A DNA stretch of 64,000 bases from the human T2T-CHM13v2.0 reference genome, Homo sapiens. Below the pieces are notes generated by a model that was not told where the DNA came from, did no database searches, and saw only the letters and a list, made by a program, of their open reading frames with translations. A program made the translations under genes and the position numbers. The stretch lies in assembly GCF_009914755.1 (NCBI RefSeq), contig NC_060942.1, one strand, 5' to 3'. This document shows, piece after piece, positions 54,313-64,000 of the stretch (position 1 is its first letter; each line of letters begins with the position of its first letter).

Positions 54313-55700
54313 TTTTGGCTTCACTGTGACTTTTTCATAACAAATCTCAGGTTAGACTTTTAAAAGCCTCTAAAGTCTATAAAGCCAAGCTAAGTATTTG
54401 GCATCAGACTGTGCCCGTAACACTTACATGAATTGAGTGAATTTCTGTTTTCTAGAGGTTTCAAAATATCTTGAGGTTCCTGGGCCTGTCAGAAAGTGAC
54501 ATTCTTACTTGCAAGGTCAGGAACCTTGTACGGAAACAATGTAGACAAGGTACCAGGCCAGCCTTTCCAAGGAGCTTTTTATTGGCTCTATAAAGTCAAC
54601 TTCAATTCCTCAAAGCAGTCTGGTCGTATCTGAAAATAAGCCATTACAGTCAAAGCCATTACCAGTCAAAGCCTTGGTAAAATAACTAGTACCCACAAGT
54701 GTGTCCTCTTACAGAAGAAACTGATTCTTGTGGAACCTATGTAAACAACGATATTACCATAAAATAGGAATGTTCATGAATAGTTTCCAAATTTTGGAGA
54801 AATCATGTAGATAGAAGGGTAAATATTTCAGTTTTGCCCACAAGAGTATAGAGCACCCAATTGTTGTAAGCTATAAAGAAATAATTCTTGACTCTGGAAA
54901 ACAAAATATAAAAAAGAATCATTAATATTCCAAACAAAAATCATTTAAAAAAGCGTTTAAGTCCTATGTCAGTTCAGGACCACGTAATTAACTTATTCTG
55001 CTTGCTGTTGGGTTAGCAATATTTATGATTACGTCAGCTTTTAAAATAGAGCCCTGGAAGGTTTTACATGGGTCTAATGACAAGATCTCCAAAGTTATCA
55101 GAAGCCTGTATTCAAGAGTATTTCAGGGTACATTCTGTAAAATTTATTGAAGAAGCAAATTTTGGACTGTAGCTGATTGTAAATGGAATTTTGAGAAAAA
55201 TTAAAGCAATAATTTTCTGTGAATGATAAAAGACTTAGAATAGCCACGGGTAAAGATACAATTGACAAGGAAACTTTGTTGTATCATGGCATACGACAAT
55301 TTAACATAATCATAATTGTGACTGATAACATATCAGAATTTTAGGAATCTCATACAGTATTAGAACACATTAATAACATGTTTATAGAAATATAACTTGA
55401 ATAAAGTTAACTCCATATTTTGACAATGCTTTCCATATGATTTTTACATACCAGATAAACCTCGTATGTTCCTCTTGGGCTTCCAGGAGTTCTTTTTGGA
55501 ATTTCCAAAAGTTAATTCAAGGTCAAAAAGACAATTTTAGATTCGAAATTAAATATGGAAGTTCATCAAATATCAAAGGTTTAAAACACTTCATATCAAA
55601 ATAAGGAAAGTTAAAAATACTTGATGAAAATAGGATCACCGGTCACTGTAAAATAATAGTTAATCATTTAGCTAAAGTGATAATTAAAAAAAAATATTCC

Positions 55701-56030
<330 letters not shown>

Positions 56031-57783
56031 TTACTCTTTTACAGAGAGGAGAATCAGGTTTCCAAATAATCAAAAGATGGAATAAAGAAAATATGAGATC
56101 AACGGAATCTTTCCCTTGAGTTCTTCCCTCTCTTTTATTTCTTTAGTTTACTTAAAAGATAGATAGAAATATTTTACTATGTCTTGTTAATGCTACACAA
56201 ATATCTTGTTCCAAGGAGAAACCTAAATTCTACCTTTCCATCAGTATATTATTAATGCTAAGGCTAATTTTAATAAAATTTATTTCAATTAGCTTTGACC
56301 AGAGAAGATATTCATAAACATTTTATAACCTCTTACAATTTTTCCTATTTTCTTTCTTTCCCTTTTTATATTCATCCAGTTTCATCTATTCTTTATTTCT
56401 TAAATACAATTTACAACAACTTTTAAAAACCTTTAGCCAGAATTACTATTCCCTTAATGAAAACCACATTCTCATGCTTTCTTATAACATTTCTTACCGA
56501 AAATACATCTCACTTTTCTTATACACTTTGCATACAGAATTGTTTCTCTTGTATCTAGTAGTTTTAATCATACATATTAATCAGTGTTGACTCCCATAAC
56601 CCTAATTTTCAGTGAAAACCTAGGAAATAAGTAATTTTAACTGTCAGTCATGTACTAACAATTTATAAATACATATCGTATAAGTTTTAAAAGCATAAGC
56701 TTTCTATAGAACAATTTTTCTATATGGAACAGGACATATTTACTAGCAGACCTACATAACTTTTGTTTTTAAGAAATAAGCCAAAAGCATATGAGCTTAA
56801 ACTCATATTTAGTAATTAATATCTTAGCATTATATCTTATTTGGAAATGATCTAGATATTCAATGATTATTCATCATTTAATTTAGCTTAAACTCTAAGT
56901 GCATAGTTACCAAAAAATTTTGAGAAACCTTTTTAAGTAAATATATTATAAAACATAACTTTTATTAAAAGTGTATTTATGAATGTTTATCTCATTTACA
57001 GCTATTTAATCTATTTTTAACAACTATGTTTGGTAAATTTCATAAGACAAATCTAGCCATCATCTCAAATTAAATTTTCTATTAATCATTTTTGTATTAC
57101 TGTCTGTTAGGCAAGTATCATAAAAGCAAGGACCTTAAAGGACCTTAAAGTTAGAAACATACATATTTCATTGATAACTCAGCAGACTTACTTTATTAAG
57201 CTAACAATATTAAACTAGTATTATTTACCAGAAGACTGCTAAAGTAATGCAAACTTAAAAAGCATTTAGGTTTATTTACTTAAATTATGAGTGGTCATTT
57301 ATAAGTCAATTTGCTACCAGGTAGACAATATACAAATAGACATGTATATACAAAAATACAGACATAAAGATCTTATAGCTTTAATTTTTAAATTTTTAGC
57401 CATGAGTCAGGTAAAACTCACTAGTTTAAAAGGGCAGTTGGATTAAAACTGTATCTCTGTAAGTGGAACAACTTAAAATTTATTTCTTCCACATGTTCAA
57501 AGCCTTTACTAAATTTCAGAGAAAACAGGGTAGCAAATTTACATTTGAAAGCATAGAGAGATTTTAAGCTTTTTCAAGAAGTCTGGGTGTGTTAGAGGAA
57601 GATTAAAAATGGATGCTAAGGTAACATAAAATCATAAGAATTTATCACAGTATTTTACAAGGAAACACACAGATGAACCTAGAGAAAGTTCAGAAACCTT
57701 CACAAAATAATGAGCTAAATGCAAGAAAGTCATATTTTGGAGACCAATCTAGTTTGATAGGTGGCTTTTTAACATAGTTTCCA

Positions 57784-61015
<3,232 letters not shown>

Positions 61016-61303
61016 TTGACTATCAGCTTTTAATTAAGCTGACTTATGACCCTATAGCGTTCTAAAAGAAATTCTTTCAAATCTACTGCAATGTGGAGTA
61101 GACTTCACTGTGAATCCTGCAGGAGATTCTAAGTAGGCTGTCTGAATATACAAAGGATTTTAACTTTGTTTTAGGTCAGATTTTTGCTCTTTAACTTGGT
61201 CAAGATAGTTTCTAAGGCTAACCATTACATTATTATGTGTCTTTCTTTTAATTTGATCTTCCCATAAATACAAATAAGGCAATTGTTTTGAATGAGATTG
61301 CTA

Positions 61304-61312
61304 ATATGTGTA

Positions 61313-61367
<55 letters not shown>

Positions 61368-61431
61368 ATATATATGTGTGTATATATATATGTGTATATT
61401 TGTATATATATGTGTGTGTGTATTATATATA
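61304..61431. repeat. Compound (TA)n/(TG)n microsatellite
   Basis: Directly visible alternating purine-pyrimidine tract. Confidence 0.95.
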
Positions 61432-61757
61432 GTTTTAATTTAGGCTTCTTTTTAATTTAACAGATTCACCTTTTGGTCACTGATGATTAGGATTTTTACT
61501 GGTGTACTTGTTCTAATAGCAGCCTAATAGCCTTTTCATGGAAAGCCCATGATGTAATTTTCCAGGTATAAAATAAGTTAAAACGGGTTTAATGGAGAGG
61601 GCATAGAGGGAATCCTAATGATTTTTCCCCCAAAAAATTACTCCCAGAAGTAGGCTAAGATTGCCAAAGTCTTCTGTTGCCACAGACAGTTAAGTATGGC
61701 ATTTGTATGCGTGTAGCATCTCTGATAACCTACAAATTTGTGGAGTGCTGCCACTAA

Positions 61758-64000
61758 TGAAACCGCTGTTGCAAAAGTATGACAGTAAGAGAAATTTGAC
61801 ATGGCTGACTCCATCTTGCTTCTAGCACAGGGTGGCTGTCTTTGCTCATTCCTAGGCATGGACCAAGCTAATTTGGGAAGAAATTTAGTTTATAGTTAAA
61901 TAATAGTGTTATGGGATCTTTGGGGTGTCATTTTCATGACTGTGAAGCTCTGTGGCTGGTGGCACTTTTGCCCAAGTTTTGCTTAGGCCTGCTGGGCTCA
62001 TTCTGCCCATTCAGCCTGGCAGACACTGCTCAGCTCACACTACTGGCCTGAACCCCCTGCCTCCAAGGGAGACTGTGAGTCAGGTAGGGAGCACCAAGGG
62101 GTGTGGGAGTGAGCATGGGGTCCAGCCACTGCACACAGTCAGACACACCAGCTGCTGCCATGGGGCAGGAAGCTCCAGGTGCCAGCATGGGCACCGGTAC
62201 TCTGCAAGGCTGCAGCTGGACCAGGTGCACCACAGGCAGTTTCCCCAGCTGGCACTGGGGAATGTGGTGTCACCTGGAATACTGGAGATGGCAGGAACTG
62301 CAGTGCCCCAAAGAGGGAGATACAGCCCTGGCTCTTGAAGCTCCCAGGTCTGGGATCCCCAAAGGGTCACAGCTCTTCTCTACTTCCCTTTGCCTGCAAT
62401 GTGGCAAATGGGTCATATTTCAACTGTTAGTGTTATAGCTCTTTTAGCCTCGCCATTTGTTGGTTCCCAAGTTCTCGTCCCGCAACCAGGAAGAATAAGT
62501 TGCGCAGACAAGTGGAGGGTGAGCAAGATGAAAAGGAGTTTTATTGACAATAGAAAAGCTCAGAGGAGACCCACAGTAGGCAGCTCCTCTTTGTAGCCAG
62601 GGTGTCCTGATAACTCTCAGCAGAGAGGGTAGCTCCTGTCTATAGCTGGTCGTCCTGTTGTCTGCTCTGCTCTGGTTGAGCCCAGGGCTTTTATGATCCT
62701 CAGAGTGGAGGAAGTGTGCCTGCATTGGTCCATGGGTGGCCATAGGTGGGCCTGGAAAAGGCACCACAAGTTTCCACTCTGGTCACAGGACTGGCAGCCT
62801 GGCCTCCAGCCTTCAGGCCCTTCCTGGCTTGAAGGTGGGGCCTCACCGTGGACCCACCCCCTTCTGCCCAGGAGCCTGTCTGCCTCCTGCCACTGTCCAT
62901 GGCACCCAGACTGCTCATGCCGAGGGGCACCAGCAGGCCAGCACCGAGCTGCCCTCAGCCCTCCCTTGGCTTCCTCCCATGCTCGTCAGCACCCAAAGTC
63001 TAGAGGGGGCCAAAGTCTGCTGGCGTGTCAGCACTGCCCTGAGTGTATGTACTCCTGGCTGGGCTGTGACAGCCCGGGCTTGGCCCCAACCCTGTTCCAA
63101 TATTGCAGTGGGTGCCAGGAGCTAGGAGAGGCCAGACGGAGAGAACAGACAGCCCCAAGCCTGGGGGGTAAAGGCGGCCTTCTCAGGCCCCCAAGGGTGC
63201 AGAGTGCAGAGACACCTGGGTCCTGCGACAGGGAGGGCAGGGCTACAGCCCCAGCCATGACTCCTCTCAGCCTGGGGTGGGGGCTCCAGGTCCTCACTGG
63301 GCCCCTTTCTGTCCGCTCCTCCAAGCCCGACCACACTGTTCCCCTGCCAGTGGGCGACTTGGCCTAGCCCCATCACAGTAGCTCTCAGGGCAGCAGGCTC
63401 TCGGGGGTGGGGCTCCCACTGGCTCCGGGGAGTGCTGCACGAGCTGCGGCCCAGATCTGCCTCCTCCTTGCACACTCCCTGCAGGTGGTGGGCAAGAGTG
63501 GTGACGCAGGAACAGAGTCCGGAGTGGTGGAGGCTCCAGGCCTGGTAGCAGGTCCCGTGGGGGTGGGGGCTGTGCAGTCAGCTGCCTTGGGGACATGGGG
63601 CACAGGGGACCCATCAGTGCCATTTCTGCTCCTGCAGCTGCTCCTGCCACCACCACTCGCACCTTCCCACAGCAGCTGGAGCGATGGCAGCCGCTGCTCT
63701 GGATTGCCCACCACTGCCATCTACAGCCCTTCCCAAAAACTAAACTGTTGCTGTGAAACGAATGAAAGGCCACTAAGTTAGAAGGGTGAGAACGGCTTTA
63801 ATTCTAAATAATACCAGCCATTATTCCGGAGGCCGTAGGATTCACAACTTCCCCAATTACTCTTGCAGATAAGATCACTGTTGTAGAATCTAAGATTGGC
63901 CTTTTGAGATATCTTTTCACATTTCTGCAGTTTTGACAACCAGACGGTCCCACCTTGACCTGCCAATCAGTCCCGTGCCCCACCCCCCACCCAGCAACTG
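61758..64000 (+). mobile_element. LTR8-like ERV1 LTR (61758-61906 and 63723-64000), split by MER52
   Basis: Starts 'tgaaaccgctgttgcaaaagtatgacagtaagagaaat...gactccatcttgcttct' and resumes 'acagcccttcccaaaactaaac...taagattggccttttgagat'. Confidence 0.75.
61907..63722 (-). mobile_element. MER52 long GC-rich solo LTR (ERV1)
   Basis: Termini 'tgttatgggatctttggggtgtc' and 'ccaccactgccatc'; about 1.8 kb. 4-bp flanks atag/acag. Explains the cluster of GC-rich ORFs here. Confidence 0.85.

Noticed and set aside
61952-63781. Dense overlapping ORFs up to 224 aa
   Set aside because: All lie inside the GC-rich MER52 LTR and occur on both strands in several frames. This is stop-codon scarcity, with no recognisable protein domain.

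Overview
This is primate (human-like, catarrhine) non-coding DNA: AT-rich, CpG-poor and dense in interspersed repeats. I find no supportable protein-coding gene, structural RNA gene or CRISPR array. The listed ORFs are chance ORFs or remnants of Alu, L1 ORF2, MaLR or MER52. Contents include about 15 Alu/FLAM copies, a HERV-W LTR17 solo LTR with a perfect 4-bp target-site duplication (TSD), a full-length two-LTR THE1 element, MLT1/MLT2 LTRs, MER DNA transposons and L2/MIR remnants. The right end (52.5-64 kb) is a nested pile: an ERV1 LTR plus internal sequence containing Alus and an L1PA that itself contains an AluY, then an LTR8-like LTR split by MER52. The most unusual signal is a set of at least five non-tandem local duplications of about 45-300 bp, each copied from 0.5-2.7 kb away. 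One is inverted and three clearly interrupt older repeats. Together with compound fold-back hairpins they look like fossil scars of template-switch or polymerase-theta-type repair. Repeat family names come from recalled consensus motifs, not a database search, and need Dfam/RepeatMasker confirmation.
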